From NCBI GenBank assembly GCA_042568575.1, contig JBHPIO010000009.1, forward strand, positions 1-55,225: a stretch of 55,225 nt of DNA. The letters are read 5' to 3'. Shown in pieces: positions 46,525-55,225 of the stretch. Made by a program: the position numbers and the translations under genes. Numbering within the stretch: the first letter of the stretch is position 1; every line of letters starts with the position of its first letter. Source of the DNA: Patescibacteria group bacterium (lineage in GTDB: Bacteria; Patescibacteriota; Gracilibacteria; UBA1369; PNNO01). A model generated the notes under the pieces. The model was not told the origin of the DNA and did not search any database. It saw only the letters and a list, made by a program, of their open reading frames with translations.

Positions 46525-47445
46525 ATGCCTGATAAGTCACAATCAATCAAACACGGGTCTCTTAGATGGGAGAATATTACTAACCCAACTGAAAAGACAG
46601 TTGTAGATTTGAGCAAGAGGCATAAATTTCATCACTTGGATCTTGAAGATTGTCTTTCAAAAATACAGCGTCCAAAAATTGATGAATACGAAAAATACCT
46701 TTTCGTTGTATTGCATTTCCCATATTACGATAAGGCGACAGACAGCATTCTTCAGGATGAAATGAATATTTTCATTGGGCAGACATACATAATTACCCTT
46801 AGTCCTGGGAACAAAGTTCTTACTAATATTTTTAATAAAATTAAAAGACGCCCAACTCTTCGTAAAAAATATATGGGCTCTACTTCTGGTTATCTTCTTT
46901 ACAACATTCTTGATGAGATGTTCGGGGCATGTTTCCCCCTTCTAGATAACCTTTCAGCGGAAATAGACGAAATTGAAGATTCCGTATTTCAAACAGATAA
47001 GCCAAAGGACATGCTTAAAGATATCCTTACTTTCAAAAAAGATATCATTACATTTAGACGAATCATTATTCCTCAACGCACTCTAGTTGCCCAGTTAGAG
47101 CATAAAAATAAGAAATTCCTTCCTGAAACACTTGATGTTTATTTTGATGACGTTGTGGATAAAGTTGAAAAAATCTACAGCAATCTAGAGACTTTAAGGG
47201 ATATTGTTGGCTCACTTCAGGAAACAAATGAATCAATTCTTACGCACAATACAAATAACATAATCAAGATTCTTACGATATTCTCTGTGGTTATGTTACC
47301 TCTTACGTTTATCACTGGATTCTATGGAATGAATGTCGGGCTCCCATTTGCCGAACATGAAATGGCATATGGAATCGTGTCCGGATTCTTAATTCTTGTG
47401 GTAGCAACGATGCTTATATTCTTTCGCTACAAGAGGTGGATTTAA
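46525..47445 (+). CDS. corA: CorA-family Mg2+/Co2+ transporter
   Basis: QRPKID, LPLTFITGFYGMN, two C-terminal TMs. Confidence 0.93.
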   Translation: MPDKSQSIKHGSLRWENITNPTEKTVVDLSKRHKFHHLDLEDCLSKIQRPKIDEYEKYLFVVLHFPYYDKATDSILQDEMNIFIGQTYIITLSPGNKVLTNIFNKIKRRPTLRKKYMGSTSGYLLYNILDEMFGACFPLLDNLSAEIDEIEDSVFQTDKPKDMLKDILTFKKDIITFRRIIIPQRTLVAQLEHKNKKFLPETLDVYFDDVVDKVEKIYSNLETLRDIVGSLQETNESILTHNTNNIIKILTIFSVVMLPLTFITGFYGMNVGLPFAEHEMAYGIVSGFLILVVATMLIFFRYKRWI

Positions 47446-47792
47446 ATAATCTTCTTAACTTTGAACTTGCTCTTCTTTTTGCTTTGTTTCTTTTTGACTT
47501 TGGCGAGTTTAGCTTTCTCTTTTTCCCATAATTGAATTCTTTTTGCTTGAAGATTCGCGATTGTTCTTTGAAGATCCGTAATTAGATATGAAAGCTCTGA
47601 AAGTGAATACTTCCCTTCCTTCTGGATAAATCCTAGTAGCCTTCTGCTCACACTCTGAAAGAGTCTGTACGAAAGTTTGATAGGTTTTGCGTTCTTTTTA
47701 TAAACAGGGTGTTTTTGAAAACGCGGACTTACATGTGTTTTCCTTGTCTTGTCTTTTGCGGCAGTTTCTTGCGGGATTTCTTTCCAGTACAT
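47442..47792 (-). CDS. Hypothetical basic protein
   Basis: Lys-rich ORF directly downstream of the amidase gene. Confidence 0.5.
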   Translation of the reverse strand: MYWKEIPQETAAKDKTRKTHVSPRFQKHPVYKKNAKPIKLSYRLFQSVSRRLLGFIQKEGKYSLSELSYLITDLQRTIANLQAKRIQLWEKEKAKLAKVKKKQSKKKSKFKVKKII

Positions 47793-47815
47793 GTAGAGAG
47801 GAAGTTATAAATATA

Positions 47816-49828
47816 TTAAGATACGTCTAATTCAATTTTCATTGCGTTTCCATCTAGCCAAGTAACACGTTCGATTACAGGTGCAAAATATTCAGCGTAT
47901 TTCCCTTCGGATTTTGGAGCCTTTAGGTTAAAGATGAAGTGGCCAAGTTCTCCAGGATTTACTATTGATTCCTTCAAGTAACCCATTCTTGTCGACTTGG
48001 TGAAGGGGCTAACTCTATCACGAGGGTTTTCAGTTCCAAGTGATATGCGATTTTCTCCATAATTTTTCCATTTTACATTTCCAGTATTCTTAAGAGTCAC
48101 AACTCCGATAGTTTGTGATTCGCTTTTTACTTTTGATCTTGGAATGGAGATTTTAACAAGGTCGTATGCGAAGAAAGGTTTTTCAATAATTGTAGGAATG
48201 CTAAATGTTTCGGTTTTAGTTTCTGATCCATTGATTATTGGTTTGAACGAAAGATAATAGAACCCATCATAGAGTTTGCTGTACATCTTCACATTAAACG
48301 TAGCTGTTGATCCGGGTGTAACTAGCTTTTCCTTCATTCCGGATATTGAAATTGAGAATCCTTTATCAACTAAGATATCTGATTCTAAGGCTAAACGCGT
48401 ATTTTTTGTCCATGTCTTCGTTCCGACATTTTTGATTTTAATTGTGTATTCCATCTTTCTGTCCGGCAACATTACAATCTCATCAAGATTTGGAATGTAT
48501 TCAAATGCAAATTCAGTATTACGAGTATTAGGTGTGTTTTGATATTTTATTGCACCATTAATAGCTGCAACTTCTCTCCTTATCTTTGGAATAAGTTTTT
48601 TAAAGTTTGTTCCAGGGCATGAAGTAGCCATGATTTCCCCATGTCCGAAAATGTTTGGCATCTTTTCACCTCTAAAATAAGATTCTCCTGTTGGATCTAT
48701 CTTATGTAATTTAGTTTTATCTGAAATTAATGTCTTAAGCGCATGTGCTGCTTTTGGAGTTAGTTCGTCATCATTGAAATTTCCAAGTACTGCAATACCA
48801 ATTGATCCTCGATTTCCAGGACCTGCATGGGCTCCTACAACACCTTCGCCTCCGTATCTTCCCTCATAAATATTACCCTCTGGATCGATTATGTAGTTAT
48901 AACCAATGTCTCCCCATCCACGTGCAATCGCATGGTAGTAATAAATATCGCGAACTGCTTTTTTGGGATCATCAAGATCTTTAGATGAAGCAGTATGGTG
49001 AATAATAATCTTTGAAATCTTTTCAGGATATTGAATCGGCCAAGTTAATTCTTCTCCTTTTTTGTTTTCATCAACAACTTTATGAAGCTTTAGCTCTTTG
49101 GCAAATCTAATGTAAAAGTCCGAAGGAAGTTTAACGAGTTGCGCTTCCGGCCTATCATCTTTAAGTACTCTAAGATTCTCATTTGCTCCCCATTTAGACC
49201 TTGCGACATATCTAATTCCGCTTTGACTAAAATGAGTGGAAGCAAGCAAACTTCCTGGGTCATACATAAGTGAAGAAAGCACAGAAGTTTTTCTGCGAAC
49301 AGGGTCGTCGTTAGCGTTTATATAGGTGAAATGCACATCTCTAACTTCCGGAGAGGCATTGTCTCCAAGATTTAGAGTGTATCTATATTGGAAGGCTTTC
49401 GAAGGATTTGTTGTTATAAAGGAAGAGAATGGTTGAAAGGTTTCTTCAGTGAGATTCAAAGGAACTTGCTCATGTGTGTCTTCGTCGATCTTTATATGCT
49501 CCCAGCTGGTCCACTCCTTGTCTGTAAAAAAACGCACTTCCATATCTACCTGTGAGTTTTTTGGAGTACGTTGTTGCCACGACATACCAAGTCCAGAAAA
49601 AAGGAAGCTGGTGTACTTAATTTCAGAAGTGTATATGTTCTGTTTCTCGTTATAACTTGCGATATTCCCTTTGGTATCAGCAACAAGCCGTGCTGGAATA
49701 GAAATTGAGATGTCGTCTTCCACATAACCAAAAAGTTCATAGTTGTCCTTGTCTAACTTTGGGATGCTTATTACAGTTAAAGCTATAAGTGCCAGGCATA
49801 ACGATCCCCGCAGAAAATATTTCTTCAT
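47816..49828 (-). CDS. N-acetylmuramoyl-L-alanine amidase (Amidase_2/PGRP-like) with Ig-like C-terminal domains
   Basis: IIIHHTA, GWGDIGYNYII...G.IYEGR, GAHA, GH....TSCPG; two KNxGxxxW NBR1-Ig-like repeats. Confidence 0.88.
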   Translation of the reverse strand: MKKYFLRGSLCLALIALTVISIPKLDKDNYELFGYVEDDISISIPARLVADTKGNIASYNEKQNIYTSEIKYTSFLFSGLGMSWQQRTPKNSQVDMEVRFFTDKEWTSWEHIKIDEDTHEQVPLNLTEETFQPFSSFITTNPSKAFQYRYTLNLGDNASPEVRDVHFTYINANDDPVRRKTSVLSSLMYDPGSLLASTHFSQSGIRYVARSKWGANENLRVLKDDRPEAQLVKLPSDFYIRFAKELKLHKVVDENKKGEELTWPIQYPEKISKIIIHHTASSKDLDDPKKAVRDIYYYHAIARGWGDIGYNYIIDPEGNIYEGRYGGEGVVGAHAGPGNRGSIGIAVLGNFNDDELTPKAAHALKTLISDKTKLHKIDPTGESYFRGEKMPNIFGHGEIMATSCPGTNFKKLIPKIRREVAAINGAIKYQNTPNTRNTEFAFEYIPNLDEIVMLPDRKMEYTIKIKNVGTKTWTKNTRLALESDILVDKGFSISISGMKEKLVTPGSTATFNVKMYSKLYDGFYYLSFKPIINGSETKTETFSIPTIIEKPFFAYDLVKISIPRSKVKSESQTIGVVTLKNTGNVKWKNYGENRISLGTENPRDRVSPFTKSTRMGYLKESIVNPGELGHFIFNLKAPKSEGKYAEYFAPVIERVTWLDGNAMKIELDVS

Positions 49829-50027
49829 TTATTTATGTTTATTTTTTATTTTCCCCTTATTCTAGCAAATTTTCAGAGTTTTTTCAATGCTCTAAGGCAG
49901 CTAATCGCTTGACACTATATAATTTGTTGCCGTACACTAAACTTGCGTTCGAAAAGATATTTTTCCAACAAGGTCTGTTCCTTTATTATAATAAGCTTTT
50001 ATTCAAGGCCGATTGCGCCTGAAGGAT

Positions 50028-51299
50028 ATGATTTATAATCTGAAATACACAAAGTTTAGTCAATACCAAAAGGTTCTTCTCGAAAAGGAAGGCGAGATTG
50101 TCATAAGCAAAGATGGGTTCCAATTAAAAGGAAAGGGAGCCAGTGATATTGGCGAAACAATCAGCTTTGCTGACATTAAGGAGTGGAAATCAAAGGAAGG
50201 GCTTGTGACATTTTCAACAGTTTCAAAAGAGAGGTACATGTTGAGCAATTTTAGGAATCTTTTTAACGATTTTCTTCGTGATTTTGTTAAAGCTCGCAAT
50301 GAGTTCTTAATGAAAGCTCTTTTTATGACTGATGGAGAATTTGTAGCAGAGTACGAAGCGGATTTTGAAATTTTTAGTAAATATGAGAAAAGTTTGAGTA
50401 GGGGACATGGGAAGATTCACCTTTATGATAGGAGTGTTGTGATTGTCCCTGATGTTCGCGATGCTTTCAGTATCTCGCTTAACTTTTTAAAAAGAGTTGA
50501 TATAGATGAAGAGTTTTATGAAATTCACCTTACATTAGACCAAGGATTCGTTATTCACTTTAAGAAGCTTGGTAGTATTTTTGAGGAATTTAATGCGAAA
50601 TTGCAGGAAATTCAGCAAAAGATGTACCAAAAAACAGTTGATGATTTTAAAGACATATTTCTTGAGTTTGATTCAGCTACTTTAATTAAGATTGCTTATG
50701 AAATGAAGCGTGGTAAAGCCGTAAATACAAAGAAATTAAAGAAAATAGATGAAAAACTTCTCGAGGAAACAAAGAAGACGGTGCTTCACGATGAGCTTTC
50801 TCAGAAGCATTTTGATTATTTCTCGAAAATGGCTGATTCAGATTCGATTCATTTTGGAATAAATCCAGATCCTCCGAAGCATCAGGCGCAAGGCCAGGAT
50901 CTGACTTATTCAACATGGTTTTTTATGGGAATTCCGGACAAAAATCTTGTTGTTGCAGAGATTACTTCAGGTGGGTATCGTGGTGCTTATTTTTTCAAGA
51001 TTATTATGGAACAGGGAGATCCAGCTGAGAAGATAGAAGAGAAACTTCTTGAAATTAATCAGGCATTACTAAAACTTAAGTTTGTTACAACATCTTTTTA
51101 TAAAGATAAAAGAGAATTACGTAGAAGTGTTTATAGATTTGCTTTGCGCAAATTGCCATATCTGCGCTTGTTAAGGCGTTCGTACGTAGGTCGTTTAACT
51201 CCATTCAATGAGATAGATTGGGATAAACGTATAAATGATATTTTCAAAAAAGCTGACTTAAGTAATAATTCTTCAAATAATAGGGGGAGGAGGAATTAA
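50028..51299 (+). CDS. Hypothetical protein (possible PH-like N-terminal domains)
   Basis: Long ORF; start set at ATG 50028; fold call is tentative. Confidence 0.65.
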   Translation: MIYNLKYTKFSQYQKVLLEKEGEIVISKDGFQLKGKGASDIGETISFADIKEWKSKEGLVTFSTVSKERYMLSNFRNLFNDFLRDFVKARNEFLMKALFMTDGEFVAEYEADFEIFSKYEKSLSRGHGKIHLYDRSVVIVPDVRDAFSISLNFLKRVDIDEEFYEIHLTLDQGFVIHFKKLGSIFEEFNAKLQEIQQKMYQKTVDDFKDIFLEFDSATLIKIAYEMKRGKAVNTKKLKKIDEKLLEETKKTVLHDELSQKHFDYFSKMADSDSIHFGINPDPPKHQAQGQDLTYSTWFFMGIPDKNLVVAEITSGGYRGAYFFKIIMEQGDPAEKIEEKLLEINQALLKLKFVTTSFYKDKRELRRSVYRFALRKLPYLRLLRRSYVGRLTPFNEIDWDKRINDIFKKADLSNNSSNNRGRRN

Positions 51300-51380
51300 G
51301 GAGAAGTTTACATATACAACTTTAAATCTTTCATGTAGAATAAAACGCGCTTTTCAAAGTATTATTTAACCTTTTAAATT

Positions 51381-51698
51381 ATGGCTGAAGCTGCATTTAC
51401 AGACGCTAATTTTGCAGACGAAACTAAAGAAGGAGTTGTTCTTGTAGATTTTTTCGCTACTTGGTGTGGACCATGCAAAATGCTTGCACCAGTTATAGAA
51501 GAACTAGCAGGAGAATATGAGGGGAAAGTTAAAGTCGGGAAACTCGATGTAGACGAAAACCCTGAAACTGCTGGGAAATTTGGCGTTCAAAGTATTCCTA
51601 CTATCATTATTTTTAAAGATGGTCAGGAAGTAGATAAAATGATGGGATTTCAAAGTAAGGAAGTTCTAAAAGAGCATCTTGATAAGGCTCTATCATAA
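51381..51698 (+). CDS. trxA: Thioredoxin
   Basis: [16 protein letters not shown]. Confidence 0.96.
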   Translation: MAEAAFTDANFADETKEGVVLVDFFATWCGPCKMLAPVIEELAGEYEGKVKVGKLDVDENPETAGKFGVQSIPTIIIFKDGQEVDKMMGFQSKEVLKEHLDKALS

Positions 51699-51708
51699 AA
51701 ATGTTATC

Positions 51709-51745
51709 TGGGGACTTTTAGGAGCTAAGGGTCCCCATTTTTTTT
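51709..51745 (+). terminator. Intrinsic terminator after trxA
   Basis: TGGGGAC...GTCCCCA followed by a T run. Confidence 0.7.
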
Positions 51746-51762
51746 ATTTAACAATTCAAACT

Positions 51763-52635
51763 ATGGCAACAGTTGTTGAGCTAAGACAAAAATTTGCAAA
51801 TGGCAAATGGAAGGTTTTTATTCCTGCAATTATCGTCCTTTTTGTGGTACTTATTATCATGGATGGATTCGTTTCTGTTCCTGCCGGACACGTTGGTGTT
51901 ATCTTCGATCAAGGACGAGGTGTGCTTGAAAACGAACTTGATGAAGGTCTGCATTTAAAGGTTCCTTTTTGGCAGCAAGCAACAGTTATGGACGCACGAA
52001 CACAGGAATACACAATGAGTATTGCACCGGGGGAAGGTGCTGTTCACACCGATGACAGTATCGAGAGTCGTTCAAGTGACGGTCAGGTTATATGGGTAGA
52101 TGCAACAATTCTTTTCCACATTGATAAAACTGAAGCAGATAATATTAAGCGAGAACTTGGAACAGAAGATGATTATTATGCAAAAATTATTCGTCCAAGA
52201 TCACGTGAAATAATGCGACTTGTAATTGCACGCTACAACGCCTTGGATCTTGTTTCTGAAAAACGTACCGACATTGTTGCAGAAATGGCGGAAGGGCTAA
52301 CAGATGCTTATGGGAGTCACAATATCATTCTAGAAGAAATGGTACTTAGAAACGTAACTTATTCTGCAGAATTCGCGAACGTAATTGAAGAAAAAGAGAT
52401 TTCTCGCCAGAAAATTAAGATTTCCGAGTATCAGAAGGATCAAGCAACACAGTTAAAAGAGAAGAAGATTATCGAAGCAGAAGCTGAGGCGGAATCAATC
52501 AGATTGAAAGGTGAAGCGCTACGAAGCAATCCTGAAGTTATTCAGCTCGAGTTCGTAAACAAACTGAGCCCGAACGTTTCATGGGGTATTCTTCCAGATT
52601 CGATTACTCCATTCTTTAACGTGCCTGGCCTTTAA
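51763..52635 (+). CDS. Prohibitin/SPFH-domain membrane protein
   Basis: One TM, VPAGHVGV, EGLHLKVPF, coiled-coil EAEAEA; start at ATG 51763. Confidence 0.9.
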   Translation: MATVVELRQKFANGKWKVFIPAIIVLFVVLIIMDGFVSVPAGHVGVIFDQGRGVLENELDEGLHLKVPFWQQATVMDARTQEYTMSIAPGEGAVHTDDSIESRSSDGQVIWVDATILFHIDKTEADNIKRELGTEDDYYAKIIRPRSREIMRLVIARYNALDLVSEKRTDIVAEMAEGLTDAYGSHNIILEEMVLRNVTYSAEFANVIEEKEISRQKIKISEYQKDQATQLKEKKIIEAEAEAESIRLKGEALRSNPEVIQLEFVNKLSPNVSWGILPDSITPFFNVPGL

Positions 52636-53809
52636 AACGGAATAGCATCGCAACATAAAAGATCGTCGAAATGACGGTTAATGTTGCGCTATATCCAAAT
52701 GCCACGCTAGCATCCATCCAGTTCCAGAGAGATCCTACAATAAGGCTGGCCGGCAGTGCACATATCCCCATTATAAAATTATGTATTCCAATAGCAGTTG
52801 CTGTCTGTTCACGCGGCACGATATTGCTAATGTAAGCTTTTGAGACACCAACATTAAAAGCATAAAAAAGTCCGTAAAGGACAAATACAATCCACGAAAT
52901 AGACGCAGGAAGCGGCATTGCAAACAGAACGCATGCAAGTAAAAAGAATACGTTTCCTAAAATAATAGCTGGAATACGACCAATCTTGTCCGAAAGAGTT
53001 CCGGCAGGCAGGGCAGTAGCCGCATATGTCATCGTATAAACAAGATATACAAGAGGGATATAAACAATAGCCAGTCCAAGATTTTCGGCTCTCAGAATAA
53101 AAAATGCATAACTCATGTTCCCAATCGCAAAAATGAACGTTGGGATGAGGAAGAATTTATATGACGAAGGCATGTGAACGATCGATTTCAAACTAATCTT
53201 CTTTTTGCTTTCTTTGATTTTTTTGTCATCTTGAACCTTTGCGCCCGCAAGAATAAACGAAATAACCCCTGGAATAAACGCGATTAAGAAAATAGGCTTC
53301 AAGGTATTTGGCAAAAAATGAAGAATAATTGCCAGAGCTAACACACCAGTAACAGCCCCAAGAGTATCCATCATCCTATGAAATCCAAAAGCGCTGCCAT
53401 AGTTTTTTTCTTTCACAGAAGCCGCAATTAGGGCATCGCGCGGAGGGTCACGCAAACCTTTTCCACTTCGTTCAATAAAACGTAATATGAAAACACTCCA
53501 CCACGATGAAGCAAAAACATAGAGAGGTTTCATGAATGCCGGAATGGCATATCCAATCACAATAAAGATTTTCCTCTTTTTGATTTTATCCGAGATGTAG
53601 CCCGAAATTACTTTCATGAAGCTGGAAAAACTTTCAGCGGTTCCTTCAATAAGTCCAATAAGTGCTTTGTTCAAGCCAAGTGTGTCTTGAAAGAAAATAG
53701 GAAGGATCGGCATAAGCATCTCGCTCGAGAAGTCTGTAAAGTAGCTAATAAGTCCGAGCCAAAAGACATTTTTCTGTTTATCTTTTTTTCGTTTAAACAA
53801 TTTGAACAA
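52616..53809 (-). CDS. MFS transporter
   Basis: DFSSEM, GYISDKIKKRK, ERSGKGLRDPPRDALIA, GTLSDKIGR. Confidence 0.9.
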   Translation of the reverse strand: MFKLFKRKKDKQKNVFWLGLISYFTDFSSEMLMPILPIFFQDTLGLNKALIGLIEGTAESFSSFMKVISGYISDKIKKRKIFIVIGYAIPAFMKPLYVFASSWWSVFILRFIERSGKGLRDPPRDALIAASVKEKNYGSAFGFHRMMDTLGAVTGVLALAIILHFLPNTLKPIFLIAFIPGVISFILAGAKVQDDKKIKESKKKISLKSIVHMPSSYKFFLIPTFIFAIGNMSYAFFILRAENLGLAIVYIPLVYLVYTMTYAATALPAGTLSDKIGRIPAIILGNVFFLLACVLFAMPLPASISWIVFVLYGLFYAFNVGVSKAYISNIVPREQTATAIGIHNFIMGICALPASLIVGSLWNWMDASVAFGYSATLTVISTIFYVAMLFRFKGQAR

Positions 53810-53851
53810 GTCGAGTTAGAGTTAGATTGAAATTATTATATCATGAATTTG

Positions 53852-53945
53852 GCCTCCCCGGGGAGGCGTGATCTCAAAGCGCTTAATGAAGTTTTTATAT
53901 CCCTCCCGGGAGGAGCTTGACTAATTTGTAAAAACAGTTTATATT
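53852..53945. repeat. REP-like palindrome pair, second copy next to a promoter
   Basis: GCCTCCCCGGGGAGGC (53852-53867), CCTCCCGGGAGG (53902-53913), then TTGACT-17-TATATT. Confidence 0.65.
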
Positions 53946-53975
53946 CAAGCCCAGTTAAACTTTAACTAAATAATT

Positions 53976-54290
53976 ATGTCAGCTAAAAGTAAATTGCTTA
54001 AAACAGCACTTTTGGGAATGGGAGCATTAGAGGGAATGGCTGGTTGCGCTTATACAATTGATAGTCAAGCACGAACAGGAACTGTTGAAAACGGAAGAGC
54101 TGAAATGTGTGTACGTGGACCTAGAACAAACATGATGTCTGCTGAAGAGCGATTAGCTCTATTACAACAAAGATTCAATGAAATGAAAAGAGATGTTTGT
54201 ATTGGCACTGCGACAATACAAAGTCAGACTTCTGATAAAATCTGTTTTACATGTCTAGCAGATCCAAGAATTAAGGCGACATACAGGTAA
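53976..54290 (+). CDS. Hypothetical protein, possible lipoprotein
   Basis: N-terminal hydrophobic stretch ending MAGC; several Cys. Confidence 0.55.
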   Translation: MSAKSKLLKTALLGMGALEGMAGCAYTIDSQARTGTVENGRAEMCVRGPRTNMMSAEERLALLQQRFNEMKRDVCIGTATIQSQTSDKICFTCLADPRIKATYR

Positions 54291-54357
54291 GAATTCCATT
54301 AACGCTTGCCAAATAATAAATTATCTGGTAAATTTCGTTTGGTAAATACCATATAAG

Positions 54358-54396
54358 CCTGTCTCTCTGTAGCCGAACAGACTACAAAGGGATAGG
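54358..54396 (+). promoter_or_regulatory. Hairpin in rpsO leader, candidate S15 autoregulatory element
   Basis: CCTGTCTCTCTGTAG / CTACAAAGGGATAGG stem upstream of rpsO. Confidence 0.45.
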
Positions 54397-54419
54397 ACTC
54401 CTATTATTAACGACTTTAA

Positions 54420-54683
54420 ATGAAACGTAGTAATAAAAAGAAACTTATTTCAAAGCACGCACAGCATCCAAAAGATACTGGGTCTGCAAAAGTGCAAATA
54501 GCTATTCTGACTGAAAGAATTCAGGAAGTACAGGATCACTTGAAAGATCACCCTAAAGATAACCACTCTCGAAGAGGGCTCCTTATGATGGTTGGAAAAA
54601 GAAGAAAACTCCTAAACTATTTGAGACTTAATAATAAAGATAATTACGATGAGGTTCTCAAAACCTTAAAAATTCGTAAATAA
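54420..54683 (+). CDS. rpsO: 30S ribosomal protein S15
   Basis: DTGSAKVQIAILT..I.....HL..HPKD.HSRRGLL.MVGKRRKLL.YL. Confidence 0.97.
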   Translation: MKRSNKKKLISKHAQHPKDTGSAKVQIAILTERIQEVQDHLKDHPKDNHSRRGLLMMVGKRRKLLNYLRLNNKDNYDEVLKTLKIRK

Positions 54684-54692
54684 CTATATATT

Positions 54693-54794
54693 CTCTGTGG
54701 ATTCTAAGATACTTAAGTTGCAGGTTTCAGTAAAATACTCTCGGTAGTTATTTTATTGAAACTTGTTACTTGGGCTAGCAAAGTTTTCATAGAG
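54693..54794 (+). promoter_or_regulatory. Long rpsO-pnp intergenic hairpin, likely RNase III site
   Basis: AAGTTGCAGGTTTCAGTAAAATA pairs with TATTTTATTGAAACTTGTTACTT; outer CTCTGTGGA/TTCATAGAG. Confidence 0.6.
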
Positions 54795-54816
54795 GTAATC
54801 ATTAACCAAACACTCT

Positions 54817-55225
54817 ATGGGATCAAAAGATTTCAGCCACGACCTTGCGGGTCGAACTCTTACATTCGAAACAGGGGAAATTGCACGTCAGGCAAGCGGA
54901 TCAGTTCTTGTTAGTCTTGGGGATGTAAGAATCCTTGCGACAGTAACTATGAGTCCAAAAGGACGAGAAGGAGCAGATTTCTTTCCTCTAATGTGTGATT
55001 ATGAGGAACGTTTTTATGCAGCAGGGAAGATTAAAGGGAGTAGATTTATTAAACGTGAGGGGAGACCTTCTGACACAGCTATTTTAAATAGTCGTCTTAT
55101 TGATCGGCCTCTTCGTCCACTATTTCCAAAAGGAATGACAAATGAAGTTCAGGTGATGTGTACAATTTTATCAACAGATCTTGAAACAGATATGGGTCCA
55201 CTTGCGATTACAGCTGCATCTGCGG
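54817..55225 (+). CDS. pnp: Polyribonucleotide nucleotidyltransferase (partial, runs off window end)
   Basis: Hand translation: [30 protein letters not shown]...[31 protein letters not shown]; follows rpsO. Confidence 0.96.
   Translation, partial: MGSKDFSHDLAGRTLTFETGEIARQASGSVLVSLGDVRILATVTMSPKGREGADFFPLMCDYEERFYAAGKIKGSRFIKREGRPSDTAILNSRLIDRPLRPLFPKGMTNEVQVMCTILSTDLETDMGPLAITAASA

Noticed and set aside
1-55225. Genetic code 25 (TGA=Gly) as in Gracilibacteria/Absconditabacteria
   Set aside because: Conserved proteins are uninterrupted under code 11, and TGA terminates thyA, ABC-F and others at expected positions.

Overview
AT-rich bacterial chromosome segment read in the standard code (TGA acts as stop, e.g. 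thyA/folA ATGA overlap). Gene content suggests a CPR/Patescibacteria genome, probably Peregrinibacteria-like (inference): SLH-anchored surface proteins, TrmB-type regulators, four Cys-rich zinc-ribbon paralogs, and AT-rich leaders mostly lacking Shine-Dalgarno (SD) sites. Housekeeping genes include ABC-F, AlaX, a DEAD-box helicase, thyA-folA, corA, trxA and rpsO-pnp. The main unexplained signal is five visibly GC-richer units (20965-22008, 24319-27611, 27976-29211, 39213-39917 minus, 41282-41743). In each, a 12-22 nt leader segment is complementary to a segment at or just after its own stop codon. Four of the five have a boxA-like motif upstream of or within that segment, and most have SD sites and structured trailers. 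This resembles an rRNA-operon leader/processing stem wrapped around protein-coding genes. Also found outside the ORF track: a 31-aa Cys/Asp/Gly-rich peptide gene, a partial Fur gene with a 7-1-7 operator, partial pnp, REP-like palindromes and candidate TrmB operators. No rRNA, tRNA, CRISPR array, transposase or integrase was recognised. All motif and pairing calls were made by eye.
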